From a virus (taxonomy: Duplodnaviria; Caudoviricetes), in IMG/VR virus record IMGVR_UViG_3300044814_000019, positions 1 to 53,810 of that record: a stretch of 53,810 nucleotides of DNA; one strand, given 5' to 3'. Position 1 is the first letter of the stretch. Each line of letters starts with the position of its first letter. The position numbers and the translations under genes were made by a program. The notes under the pieces are model-generated. The model was not told where the DNA came from, ran no database searches, and was given only the letters and a program-made list of their open reading frames with translations. Positions 8,284 to 17,242 of the stretch are shown one piece after another.

Positions 8284-9824
8284 ACTTTCCGTGGGCGCCA
8301 GCAGCTTCGCTCGTACAGACTAAGGAAGCCGTACGGGCGAAGCTTTGCAATTTCGATTACTATCGTGAAAAGTTTCTGTGTGTGCGTCCTCGCGAAGGCG
8401 GCGAGCGCATTCCGTTCATCTTGAACAGTGCGCAGCGCATGTTGCATGCCCGCATCGAGCGCGAGCGCGAAGTGTTCGGAATGGTGCGGGCACTCATCCC
8501 CAAAGCGCGCCGCATGGGCGTTAGCACGTACATAGGCGGTCGGTATTTCCATCAAACTGCAACGACGTTCGGGCGGCGCGCGCAAGTCGTGGCTCATAGA
8601 GCCGACAGCGCGAGAAACCTGCACCGGGAAGTGAAAGAATTTGCCGCCGGGTTGCCGGCGGCTTTACGTCCTTCGATCGGCGCCACGAACGCTCAAGAGT
8701 TGATTTTCGACAAGCTTAAGTCGTTGTACAAAGTATCGTCGGCGGACGGTGGCGACATCGGCCGTTCTGACGACTTTCACTTATTGCATATGTCCGAAGC
8801 GGCTCTATTTGACAACGTCGAAGATTTGTCGTCGGGTTTGCTTAAGACCGTATCGAGCCTTCCCGGTACCGAAATAGCCATGGAGAGCACTGGCAACGGT
8901 CAATCCGGTATGTTCTACAACATGTGTGAACAGGCAAATGCAGATGGCAATAGGGGACCGTGGCGTATTCATTTTTTGCCGTGGTCGCTGATGCCTGAGT
9001 ACCGCACGGCAGTCCCGTTTGGCTGGAAAGCACCTAAAGAATTTGAAGACTACGCTCGGCTGCACAGTTTGGACCGTGAGCAGCTCTATTGGTTTTGGAA
9101 AGAAAACTACGACTTAGCCACCATGAACGGCGGCCAGCCCGAGACGATTCACCGACTGACACGGCAAGAGTTTCCGGCCATCTATAGCGAGTGCTTCATG
9201 GCCGATAGCACGCTGGACTTCTATCCGGCGTCGTTGGTGCAGGCAGCCATGACCAGCAAGCCAGCGCCTTCCGCTGGGGCACTGAAGCTGCTCTGTGTGG
9301 ACCCGGCTGGCGACGGTCAAGACAAGCCCTTTGTATGCGATCGGCAAGGATCTGCGATCGGAATGCGGGTGTGGGGCGAACTGGCATCCCGCGATGCTAA
9401 CGTGGCGTCTGACTGGCTTGTGGCGACATTCCGACGCTTCGATATGGACGCCATTCTGGTTGACGGTACGGGTGGCTATGGGCGCGACCTGGTGGCGGGT
9501 TGCCGGCTGCGCATGCGGGAGTTGGGGCCGGAAAAGATTGTGGCCGTCATATTCAGCCATGGCGCCAACAACTCCGTTATGTACGGCAACCGGCGTGCGG
9601 AGTTGCACGACAAGCTGCTGCGCTGGCTCGGCGGCAAGGTATCAATGCCAAACGACAAGATGGCGCAAGAGGAAGCGGCGGCGTACAAGTGGGGGCAGAA
9701 TGCCTGCCGACGTGACGAGACGGCGCGACTGTTCATGACGCCGAAAGAGAAGATCAGGAAGCAAATCGGCCGCTCGCCAGATCGCTGGGATGCGTGCGCT
9801 ATTTCTATGGCGATCGAGGGCTGA
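8280..9824 (+). CDS. terL: terminase large subunit
   Basis: LNSAQ Q-motif, KARRMGVST Walker A, LHMSE Walker B, ESTGNG coupling motif, CVDPAGDGQD and SPDRWDA nuclease motifs. Confidence 0.93.
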   Translation: MNFPWAPAASLVQTKEAVRAKLCNFDYYREKFLCVRPREGGERIPFILNSAQRMLHARIEREREVFGMVRALIPKARRMGVSTYIGGRYFHQTATTFGRRAQVVAHRADSARNLHREVKEFAAGLPAALRPSIGATNAQELIFDKLKSLYKVSSADGGDIGRSDDFHLLHMSEAALFDNVEDLSSGLLKTVSSLPGTEIAMESTGNGQSGMFYNMCEQANADGNRGPWRIHFLPWSLMPEYRTAVPFGWKAPKEFEDYARLHSLDREQLYWFWKENYDLATMNGGQPETIHRLTRQEFPAIYSECFMADSTLDFYPASLVQAAMTSKPAPSAGALKLLCVDPAGDGQDKPFVCDRQGSAIGMRVWGELASRDANVASDWLVATFRRFDMDAILVDGTGGYGRDLVAGCRLRMRELGPEKIVAVIFSHGANNSVMYGNRRAELHDKLLRWLGGKVSMPNDKMAQEEAAAYKWGQNACRRDETARLFMTPKEKIRKQIGRSPDRWDACAISMAIEG

Positions 9825-9834
9825 CGTACCTGTA

Positions 9835-9863
9835 TTGACCTGTGTGGCAATGTATGTCATACG
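9835..9863 (+). promoter_or_regulatory. putative sigma70 promoter TTGACC-N17-CATACG
   Basis: -35 TTGACC at 9835. Contains the TGTCATAC motif. Confidence 0.5.
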
Positions 9864-9895
9864 CTTACCACTGTCAACCGTACAGGATCACAATT

Positions 9896-10186
9896 ATGGA
9901 CGTAATAGACACAGAAATCCCGAAACCGCTCAGCATGGCACCGGATGCCGTGCGCTCGCGCGCCCGCCGGGTGAAGGCCAAAGCGAGGTTCAGGCTTAAA
10001 CCTGAGCCCAAAGCGAAACTCAGGTCCAAGCGATCGCCGAAGTCGAAGCCCAGCACCGTTACGCGCTCGGAGCGGCTGGACATGCGGCTGACGAAAGCGG
10101 AGAAAGCCAAGATCATCGCCAAGGCCAAGAAAACCCGGCGTACGGTCACTAGCTTGGTTATCGAGGCGATCGAAAAGATCAAATGA
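9896..10186 (+). CDS. basic protein with C-terminal ribbon-helix-helix-like DNA-binding domain
   Basis: RSERLDMRLTKAEKAKIIAKAKKTRRTVTSLVIEAIEK follows the RHH beta-alpha-alpha pattern. Confidence 0.7.
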   Translation: MDVIDTEIPKPLSMAPDAVRSRARRVKAKARFRLKPEPKAKLRSKRSPKSKPSTVTRSERLDMRLTKAEKAKIIAKAKKTRRTVTSLVIEAIEKIK

Positions 10187-10331
10187 GAACAGGAAGGGGC
10201 TTCGTTTTTGAGGTTTCTTCCTTACTGGCTTGGCGCCCCTGAAAGCTGCCATATGCCGATTTGCCAGCTTTGAGGATGGCGCTGACTTCATCCACAATTC
10301 GACTGTTGTCGGGCATTCGTTTCGGTTCCAT
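10179..10331 (-). CDS. small hypothetical protein (50 aa)
   Basis: Perfect RBS AAGGAGGT before ATG 10331. Confidence 0.55.
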   Translation of the reverse strand: MEPKRMPDNSRIVDEVSAILKAGKSAYGSFQGRQASKEETSKTKPLPVLI

Positions 10332-10363
10332 TCTTACCTCCTTGGCTCCACGCATTTGTAACG

Positions 10364-10392
10364 AAAAAGGCCCCGACTGTGAAGTCGGGGCC
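10364..10392 (-). terminator. rho-independent terminator
   Basis: GGCCCCGACT-TCAC-AGTCGGGGCC followed by T5 on the minus strand. Confidence 0.85.
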
Positions 10393-10455
10393 AAGTACAG
10401 GGAGGGTCGTAAAACCCCAAGCGGACAGCTTGGGCTCGGTGGGCCGCGCATGGCC

Positions 10456-10761
10456 CTATTCGTCCTTGGCGTTACCTTTGATCTGATTTTCCAGCCCACG
10501 AACGGTACCGCCCATCGTGGTCACCATCAGACTGAAATCGCTGACTTCCTGGGCCGCAATCCGGGTATGTTCGCGCATTGCCGATGACAACTTGCGGAGG
10601 CGATCGGCCAGTTTTTTGCCTTCCTGCTCGATAGCATCGGCCGCGCTGTCGATGCTGGCTGCGCTCGTACTGCCGATGTGGTCGACCGCCGCGACGGTGA
10701 TTTCGGCAACCCGTTCTGGCGTTCCGGTATCCACGGGCGTTAATCTGGTTACGGCGTTCAT
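10456..10761 (-). CDS. coiled-coil hypothetical protein
   Basis: MNAVTRLTP..., helical, directly downstream of the OMP gene. Confidence 0.65.
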   Translation of the reverse strand: MNAVTRLTPVDTGTPERVAEITVAAVDHIGSTSAASIDSAADAIEQEGKKLADRLRKLSSAMREHTRIAAQEVSDFSLMVTTMGGTVRGLENQIKGNAKDE

Positions 10762-10763
10762 GG

Positions 10764-11492
10764 CTACCACTTCAACGCCAGGCCGGCGAGGTAGGTCGTG
10801 CCCACCCCGCCGCATGCTTGACCCTGCGGAAGGCCGTTGCCGAAGCACAAGCCCTTCTGCGGGAACTTGGTCATGGCGAACACGTCCACTACGGACCCCG
10901 AAGTGAGCTGGCCCAGCATGCCGACGCCCATTCCGGGGGCCAAGCGCCAGTCCTTGTTAGAGCCCATGCCGGCAATGTCGACCGTGATGTCGTCCTCGGT
11001 CAGTGCGCCGAAGATGTACGGTTTGATGTTCGATGCGACCTGTCCGCCGGGAAGGGTCGGGAACGGCGGGACCTGGAGGTTGAAGGTCGGGAACAGGGCT
11101 GCGATATCATTGAGCGGGGCCCCGACCATGACGCGCTGGGTGAACGTCGCCGGCCCGGTCAGGCTGAATCCCTGGGCCGATCCGTTGAAGTTCTGCCAGC
11201 CGAACCAGCCCTCCGCCGCGGCGAAATAGGCGCTGTTCGGGACGTTCCAGACATAGCCGACGATGCCGGCCACGCCGATCTGGTTGGATACGAGGCTGTT
11301 CTGATTAACGCCCGGAATATCGGCCGTCACGGTGCCCCCGCCCCCCAGGGTGCCAACGCCGAAATAAATCCCGCTGGTCGACGGGTAGGCCGTGCTGAGC
11401 AGCGGCGCTTTGACGGGGAAAGGCTTCATATCAGCCGCGAAAGCCGGGCTGCAAAGCACGGTTCCGAGCAGTAAACAAGCAATCCGTTTCAT
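10764..11492 (-). CDS. outer-membrane beta-barrel protein (Omp25/RopB-like porin family)
   Basis: Signal peptide ..PAFA|ADMKPFPVKAP (typical rhizobial OMP start), GIYFGVG strand, alternating beta strands, C-terminal YLAGLALKW beta-signal. Confidence 0.75.
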   Translation of the reverse strand: MKRIACLLLGTVLCSPAFAADMKPFPVKAPLLSTAYPSTSGIYFGVGTLGGGGTVTADIPGVNQNSLVSNQIGVAGIVGYVWNVPNSAYFAAAEGWFGWQNFNGSAQGFSLTGPATFTQRVMVGAPLNDIAALFPTFNLQVPPFPTLPGGQVASNIKPYIFGALTEDDITVDIAGMGSNKDWRLAPGMGVGMLGQLTSGSVVDVFAMTKFPQKGLCFGNGLPQGQACGGVGTTYLAGLALKW

Positions 11493-11570
11493 GTCATCTA
11501 TCCTTTGTGAGTGGAATTTACGTGACCACTCTACGCCGGAAAGGTGTGGTAAAGCCGCAACAGTCGGGAT

Positions 11571-11786
11571 TTATTGTGCGGGAGCGAAGCACACGATACC
11601 GCCCCACCAAAAATGACATACGAGGAATCCGGTAATGAAGCCGGCGATGTACGGGAACGGTGGCCACGCCTTACTGACGGTCCACACCCATCGGGAGAGC
11701 GTCGGCGTACCCCGGCGCAGCGCCAGCCCTTCGAACAGCGCAAAGCTGCCCACGATGACGAATAGCCAAACAGCCCACAGTATCAT
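11571..11786 (-). CDS. small two-TM membrane protein
   Basis: MILWAVWLFVIVGSFALFEG..TLSRWVW..YIAGFITGFLVCHFWW. Confidence 0.7.
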   Translation of the reverse strand: MILWAVWLFVIVGSFALFEGLALRRGTPTLSRWVWTVSKAWPPFPYIAGFITGFLVCHFWWGGIVCFAPAQ

Positions 11787-11790
11787 TTTC

Positions 11791-12339
11791 CTACCCTGCC
11801 TTGATGCGGAACCCAGCTCCAGTGAATTGACCCTTGGTGCCGTCCTTGGCGTCCACGTTGGCGGTGTACTTGCCGGATAGGTCTTTGTTACTCGGGTCCA
11901 TGCCGGCGTACAGGCTGGCGAGCTGCATGCGGTGGCGCTTGCGGATGTGATCGCCAACGGCCTTCGGGCGTGCGACTAAGATCGGGCGGAATGCCTTGCC
12001 CTCCTTGTCCGTGCCGGCGACAAGATCCCGGAACAGCTTGGACATTTCGTCGTCCGTGACTTCCTTGAAACCCTTGTTGTGGGCGTCCGCGATTTCGTGC
12101 GGAATGCTGTTGATGATCCTGAACTCATATTGCGGGTATTTTTCCTTGTTCGGGATGAACAGCTTTAGCGGCCGATCGAGTGTCAAGTTCTTGATGATCT
12201 CGTCAATGTCGAGCGCTTCCTTGAACGGCGATGCATTTGACATGGCGTCGCCGGCCGATTGCGGCTCGGGTACGGATGCCGGCGGATTCGGCTTGAGCGC
12301 GTCGGGGATGCCTGCAAACGGATTTGTCGGGTCGTTCAT
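11791..12339 (-). CDS. head-module protein following the scaffold
   Basis: RBS CAGGA. 182 aa, with YEFRIIN..GFKEV. Position in the head operon. Confidence 0.65.
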   Translation of the reverse strand: MNDPTNPFAGIPDALKPNPPASVPEPQSAGDAMSNASPFKEALDIDEIIKNLTLDRPLKLFIPNKEKYPQYEFRIINSIPHEIADAHNKGFKEVTDDEMSKLFRDLVAGTDKEGKAFRPILVARPKAVGDHIRKRHRMQLASLYAGMDPSNKDLSGKYTANVDAKDGTKGQFTGAGFRIKAG

Positions 12340-12558
12340 GGTGTTTCCTGCTTATTGAAATGCGTCGTGAGTGGCGCCAGAATGCGTGTCTCTCGGTTCC
12401 GCCGCGCTGATTTCTTCCAGCCGCTTTGCGAGTTTACGCATTTCATGTGCTTCCAAAATCAAGGCTCGCGAACGTACCTCTAACAGCTCCACGCCTCGCA
12501 TCAATTTCGCATGCGTGCGCTTGCGGTCGGCTGCTATTTCATCGTCTTGCTGCGTAGC

Positions 12559-13221
12559 CTATTTCTTTCCCTTCGCGAGCTGCGCCTTGCTGTAGTGCGC
12601 CTCAAGCGCCTTGGCTACAAATTTCTCGCGCCCTTCTTTAACACTCGGCGTTTTGGGCGCGAACTTGTCCGCCGTGCGGTTGATTTCCTTTTGCACGTCG
12701 GCCGGGGCATCGGACATCTTCGTCCACGGTCCCGACGTGCGGCGTGTGCGCGTACCGCCGGCATCGGCGTCCGCCGGCCCGTCGCTGGCGCGTGGTTTCT
12801 TTGCTTTGGCAGCAGCGGCTTCCGCTTCCTCTGCCTCTCGCGCTTCGCGTTCTTCGTCGGTTTCGCTTTCCGGCGGCTCTTTGGCGGCCGGTTTGAATTC
12901 TTCATCAACGACCTTGACCAGCGCCGCCGTGAACTCGGCAGCCGTCCCGAATTTCTTCGGGTCCATGGTCTTGCCGAGTTCGATCGTACGGCCGGATTTC
13001 TTCGGGTCCGTGCCGAACCACGGCAGTTTGTTCAGTTCCGCACGTATCTCGGCATCGCCGTACGCCATTGATGGCTTAGGCGCGGACGCGCTGTTGAGCG
13101 TGCTGATTCGGTCGGCTATCTTGCGCGCCGCTTCCGTGTCACCGTTGGTCACAGCGGTATCGAGTTCAGCTTGTAGGCCGCTTTTGGCGTGCTCCAGCAG
13201 CATTACGTTAAGGTCGGGCAT
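12559..13221 (-). CDS. capsid scaffolding protein
   Basis: Helical and charged, with AVTNGDTE and LPWFGTD motifs. Follows portal and GroES. Confidence 0.65.
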   Translation of the reverse strand: MPDLNVMLLEHAKSGLQAELDTAVTNGDTEAARKIADRISTLNSASAPKPSMAYGDAEIRAELNKLPWFGTDPKKSGRTIELGKTMDPKKFGTAAEFTAALVKVVDEEFKPAAKEPPESETDEEREAREAEEAEAAAAKAKKPRASDGPADADAGGTRTRRTSGPWTKMSDAPADVQKEINRTADKFAPKTPSVKEGREKFVAKALEAHYSKAQLAKGKK

Positions 13222-13690
13222 AGATCACCTTTTCGCGTGGCTGAATTTTCAAATCTTCCGGGGCGGCTTGCGCGGGTGCTTTCGCTGCGTCTTCGTCCCA
13301 CAGCAGTGTTGCCGGGTCCGGCATCTTATCGGACGGTACGCAGCCGATCACGTCTTGAAAGCTAGAGAGGTAGCGCCAGTGCCCGGCACCGGAAATCTTG
13401 CCGCCCACCGTCTGCGTCCCGGCGTACGGACGAAAAATAACCCAGTCACCGGTGTTCACGGGCTGCCGACTGAGGGCGCCCTCCGCATCTTTGTAGACGA
13501 ATGCAAGCGGCCCCATGGCGACGACGCGCCCGACCATGACGTTGTATTGCGCCATGTCCCGATAAACATCGGGTATCTGTATGCTGCCTACCATCTTTGG
13601 CGGCACCGGCAGCCGTACGATAACTATGTCTCGCGTCGGCTGTACGTGGGCGTGTGGTATAGCGAAGTCATGGACGCCGATGTTGCTCAT
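13208..13690 (-). CDS. groES: GroES-like co-chaperonin
   Basis: QPTRDIVIVR..GSIQIPD..GRVVAMGP..VNTGDWVIFRPYAGT..DVIG is the Cpn10 signature. Confidence 0.85.
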   Translation of the reverse strand: MSNIGVHDFAIPHAHVQPTRDIVIVRLPVPPKMVGSIQIPDVYRDMAQYNVMVGRVVAMGPLAFVYKDAEGALSRQPVNTGDWVIFRPYAGTQTVGGKISGAGHWRYLSSFQDVIGCVPSDKMPDPATLLWDEDAAKAPAQAAPEDLKIQPREKVIYARP

Positions 13691-13916
13691 TCAGCTCTCG
13701 ATTTGCATTATTGAAAATTTCGATGATCTTTTCCGGTGGTTGCTCCAGCAGCCGCGCTGTTTCATTGAGGCCCGCTGCCAGCCCCTGGACCTCCGGAAGT
13801 ACCGTTCGGCCCCGCAGGAAGTCCTCCACTATCGGTGCCTGGCGGAACTTGAGATACATTACCAGGGCCTTGGTTTCCGGACTGCTGAGCCATTCCGCTA
13901 AGGATGCCGTCTGCAT
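13668..13916 (-). CDS. small head-module protein overlapping the portal 3' end
   Basis: AEWLSSPETKAL..., coupled to the GroES start. Confidence 0.6.
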   Translation of the reverse strand: MQTASLAEWLSSPETKALVMYLKFRQAPIVEDFLRGRTVLPEVQGLAAGLNETARLLEQPPEKIIEIFNNANRELNEQHRRP

Positions 13917-15699
13917 TGTTCGCGCCCGCCATCAGTTCTTGTACGGTTTGCTCTATCTGTGCCATTTGCAGCAAAGCCGCGCGGTTGTCAAGCATTCCGC
14001 CGCTGGCTTCGACCATGTTCAACAAGGCTTGGGTCAGGTCTACGGCAACTTGGGCCTTGGCTTTCATTTGTTCGATTTGCATCTTGCCCATCCCGATCAT
14101 GCCCTTCATCTTTTCGTCGGGCGTGAGCTGCGGCTGCGCCGGGGGAGAGCCTAGCAGTTTCTGTGGATCGGGGAGCCGCAGCGTACGGTACAGGCGCAAA
14201 CGCACTTCGTCCCATTTCGTCATGGGATCTTTCATCAACTCCATGTAGATGCCGGCGAGCGCCGTACGTTGCATCTCGGTTGCCAGTGACGGGTCTGCCG
14301 TGACCGCAATGCCGTCCTTGCTGGACGCCAAGACGTTCTCGGGAAGCATGTCGTATGCATCCGCCATCTGGACGAACATGCGGAACTCTTGCGTCATCGA
14401 CGCCACAAGCCGACGATGCACGGCGGATTGTACTTGCGTGCCCGTATCTATGATGCCTTTCGCCATGGTTGCCGTCATGGACGAAGGTGCATTTTCCATC
14501 AGGTTCAGCGTACCGGCAAGCCGGTCGCCTAGCGTCATCAGCTTTTCGAGCGTCGCAACTGAGCCGGGCGACACCGACTTGACGGGGAACGGGGAGAACT
14601 TGTTGGCGAGCGGAGCACCATCCGTGTTGAGCGTGGCAATGCGATTGTTTTTCAACTCGATCTTGTCGGGGAGCCCAAAACCGCCGCCGGCAAACACGCC
14701 GCCGTTTTCGCTCTCGCTTTTGGCAGTTTCCACGATCGACCCTAAAAGCCGGTCGGCAGAGCTTTCCGTACGGTCCAGCAGCTTGCCAAATCCCATCGGA
14801 AGGAAAGTACCTTTCGGGTCCGGCAGGAAACGGTACGGGTAAAAACGACGGATCGGGTTGAAGAACAGAACCTCTTCGGTATCGACGACGGTCTTGGCGG
14901 ACCACCGAGGTTTTATCCGTACGACTTCCGGCGTATCGTCGCGAGCGATTACAATAGTCCACGGCTCGTCTATCCCGTCGCCGTCGAGATCGAGCCACAA
15001 GTCAGTGTCGTAAAAATGCTTCACCGCTTGCGGGTCGCGATCGTCATCGTATCGAGGTTCGTAATCAACCCACTTTTTGCGCTCAATCAAACGGTCGATT
15101 TCGTACGGGTAGCGTTCAAACTCGTCGGTAATGCGCGGTGCGCGCTCTATGGAGCGGATGCTGTCGTTTACGATGACGGACGTACATGGACGGAAAGCAG
15201 AATGAAACACGCGATCTTCATCGTCAAAGTCGCGCTTGCGCCAGCTCAAGCCAGTAACCGACATGTGAATAATCAGCGGGTCCGTGTCCAAAGTCCAGTT
15301 CGGGTCCTTTGTACGGAGCTGGCTGGATACCCACGCCGCTAGATCTTCGCTGCCGGGTTCGCTGGCGCGCGCCAAGTCGGGCTCGCCTAATAGCGCATCG
15401 GTTGCGCGAGCTGAAAATTGAATGACAGCAGATAACGTCATTTCAGTTTTTGGTGGTGGCTCTTCCCCGGCGCCCTCTTGCTCGCGATCGTTCGGATTGT
15501 CGTTTTCGTCGTTTTCGATTTTGTCGAGGTAGCCTTTGGCCTTCCCCATCCAATCCGACATCGACTGTTCGTCGATGCCGATCAACTCGATAATGTCGGT
15601 CGCGAGTGTACGGCGCTCATCCGGGCTCAATTTCTCGGCAACGTTGCCGAAATCTTGCGGCTTCTTTAGATCGAGCTTTAAGACGGGAAGATCGCGCAT
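13762..15699 (-). CDS. portal protein (P22-like podoviral)
   Basis: 645 aa from ATG 15699. DEQSMSDW, LDLDGDGIDEPW, FLPMGFGKLL, SAVHRRL..EFR, ADP motifs and a Q/G-rich tail. Confidence 0.88.
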   Translation of the reverse strand: MRDLPVLKLDLKKPQDFGNVAEKLSPDERRTLATDIIELIGIDEQSMSDWMGKAKGYLDKIENDENDNPNDREQEGAGEEPPPKTEMTLSAVIQFSARATDALLGEPDLARASEPGSEDLAAWVSSQLRTKDPNWTLDTDPLIIHMSVTGLSWRKRDFDDEDRVFHSAFRPCTSVIVNDSIRSIERAPRITDEFERYPYEIDRLIERKKWVDYEPRYDDDRDPQAVKHFYDTDLWLDLDGDGIDEPWTIVIARDDTPEVVRIKPRWSAKTVVDTEEVLFFNPIRRFYPYRFLPDPKGTFLPMGFGKLLDRTESSADRLLGSIVETAKSESENGGVFAGGGFGLPDKIELKNNRIATLNTDGAPLANKFSPFPVKSVSPGSVATLEKLMTLGDRLAGTLNLMENAPSSMTATMAKGIIDTGTQVQSAVHRRLVASMTQEFRMFVQMADAYDMLPENVLASSKDGIAVTADPSLATEMQRTALAGIYMELMKDPMTKWDEVRLRLYRTLRLPDPQKLLGSPPAQPQLTPDEKMKGMIGMGKMQIEQMKAKAQVAVDLTQALLNMVEASGGMLDNRAALLQMAQIEQTVQELMAGANNADGILSGMAQQSGNQGPGNVSQVPPGTDSGGLPAGPNGTSGGPGAGSGPQ

Positions 15700-15831
15700 G
15701 AGGTCCCTTGTATGACACGTCCTGTATGACAAAGCAAGGGCACTATACCATATATTGCGTGTGTCCGTGTTCGGTGCTAAGTTCCTTTCGCGGGTAGCAC
15801 CGACGCCCGGCCAGTAACAGGGAGAACTACC
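15700..15831. promoter_or_regulatory. divergent portal/capsid promoter region with tandem GTATGACA sites
   Basis: GTATGACA at 15710 and 15724. Minus-strand TGGTATAGT at 15742-15750. Plus-strand GGTGCTAAGT at 15773. Confidence 0.6.
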
Positions 15832-16764
15832 TTGCAAGTTATAGATCGCAGCCTCCAACCTAGCCAATATTGGCCGGGGCTCTATGCCCTTTTCGGACTC
15901 GACTACGAACGGCTGATGCCGATCTACACCCAGTTTTTCGACACCAAGTCATCCGAGAAAGCGTTTGAGGAGTTCATGACCGAACGCGCCGGCCTCGGCC
16001 TCGCCGTACAGCAGCCCGAGCTGGAGCCGGTGCAGTTCGACGTGCCGAACGAAGGCTACCGCACTCAGGTCACGCATGCGTCGTACGGCCTCGCCGTTGC
16101 GGTCTCGCGCGAAGCCGAAGATGACAACCTATACGAAGATGTCGGCGCCCGCATGATGAAGGAAATGGCGTTCAGCTTCCGGCAGACCGAAGAATACATC
16201 GCCCACGCGCCGTTGCAGGTCGCCGTGGACGCCGTGAACGGCATTCGCGCCGATGGCGTGCCGCTCGGCTCCCCGAGCCATCCGACTGCTTCCGGGCTGC
16301 AGAGCAACCTGCTCGTTTCGGCCAACGTGTCGGAACTGGCATTCGAGAATGCCGTCATCCAGATTTCGTACACGCGCAACGGTCGTGGTTTCATCATCAA
16401 TGAGCTGCCGCGCCGCGTCATCCTGTCGCCGGAAAGCGGCCCGGAAACCCGGCGTATTCTCGGCTCGCCGTTGCAGTGGAATGCGCAGACGAACAACATC
16501 AACGTCCTGCGGTCCACCGGCGCCCTGCCCGAAGTCATCGAGACGCCCTACCTCGTCGACAAGGACAACTACTTCATCCAGACCTCCGAGCAGGACAAGG
16601 ACAACGGCCAGGGCTTCACCTTCTGGGAGCGCTCCGCGCTGGAGATGCGCGAGGACAGCAACTGGAGCAACCAAGCGAAGCTCATGGCGGGCTGGATGCG
16701 GTGCGCGGCTTCCATCGTCGATTGGCGCACGGTGTACGTCAGTCCCGGCGCCGACAACGTATAG
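15832..16764 (+). CDS. major capsid protein (HK97 fold, Mu gpT-like)
   Basis: PGLYALFGLDY..SEKAFEE..HASYGLAVAVSREAEDDNLY..DGVPLGSPSHP. RBS GGGAG. Strong codon bias. Confidence 0.9.
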   Translation: MQVIDRSLQPSQYWPGLYALFGLDYERLMPIYTQFFDTKSSEKAFEEFMTERAGLGLAVQQPELEPVQFDVPNEGYRTQVTHASYGLAVAVSREAEDDNLYEDVGARMMKEMAFSFRQTEEYIAHAPLQVAVDAVNGIRADGVPLGSPSHPTASGLQSNLLVSANVSELAFENAVIQISYTRNGRGFIINELPRRVILSPESGPETRRILGSPLQWNAQTNNINVLRSTGALPEVIETPYLVDKDNYFIQTSEQDKDNGQGFTFWERSALEMREDSNWSNQAKLMAGWMRCAASIVDWRTVYVSPGADNV

Positions 16765-16797
16765 CGAGACAGGGACAAACCAAAGGAGAACGGACTT

Positions 16798-17157
16798 ATG
16801 AGCGACTTGAAGAACAACCTTCAGAACGTATTGAGCGGACTGAAGGGACTGGAAGAGCGCGCCCGGGGGTTGAAAAACCAGAACCTTGCGGACATCGCCG
16901 CGTCGGCGCATGGGAAGGTCAAGCAGCTTTCCGAACACCCGGACCTGGAGTTGGCGGACGAAAGGAAAGACCAATCGCACCCCGGCAATCCGGTGTACGT
17001 CGCGCCCACGACCAAGGAAGAGGCCATCGGCCGTATGCAAGCGGACGGCGACGCAAACCCGGAGGGTAGCGCCCGCATGAATTGGCCGCACCTGTTCGAG
17101 CCGGCGCCACCGCCTTTCAATCCGAACGCCGGAGCGCCACCGGTCCCGCATTCGTAA
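16798..17157 (+). CDS. hypothetical protein co-transcribed with the capsid
   Basis: RBS AAGGAG. Followed by a terminator. Confidence 0.75.
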   Translation: MSDLKNNLQNVLSGLKGLEERARGLKNQNLADIAASAHGKVKQLSEHPDLELADERKDQSHPGNPVYVAPTTKEEAIGRMQADGDANPEGSARMNWPHLFEPAPPPFNPNAGAPPVPHS

Positions 17158-17177
17158 CCGCGCAGTATTTAGTATTT

Positions 17178-17210
17178 AGGCCGCCTGCCGCAAGGGTGGG
17201 CGGCCTCTTT
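17178..17210 (+). terminator. rho-independent terminator
   Basis: AGGCCGCCTGCC-GCAA-GGGTGGGCGGCCT followed by CTTT. Confidence 0.75.
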
Positions 17211-17242
17211 CATCAGGGCAGCGCGTGTGATACATTCGCGGC

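Noticed and set aside
12611-13714. Long antisense/alternative ORFs (e.g. 12611-13714, 13988-14998, 16129-17151, 21538-22347)
   Set aside because: They are expected shadows of GC-rich genes, with no motifs or RBS.
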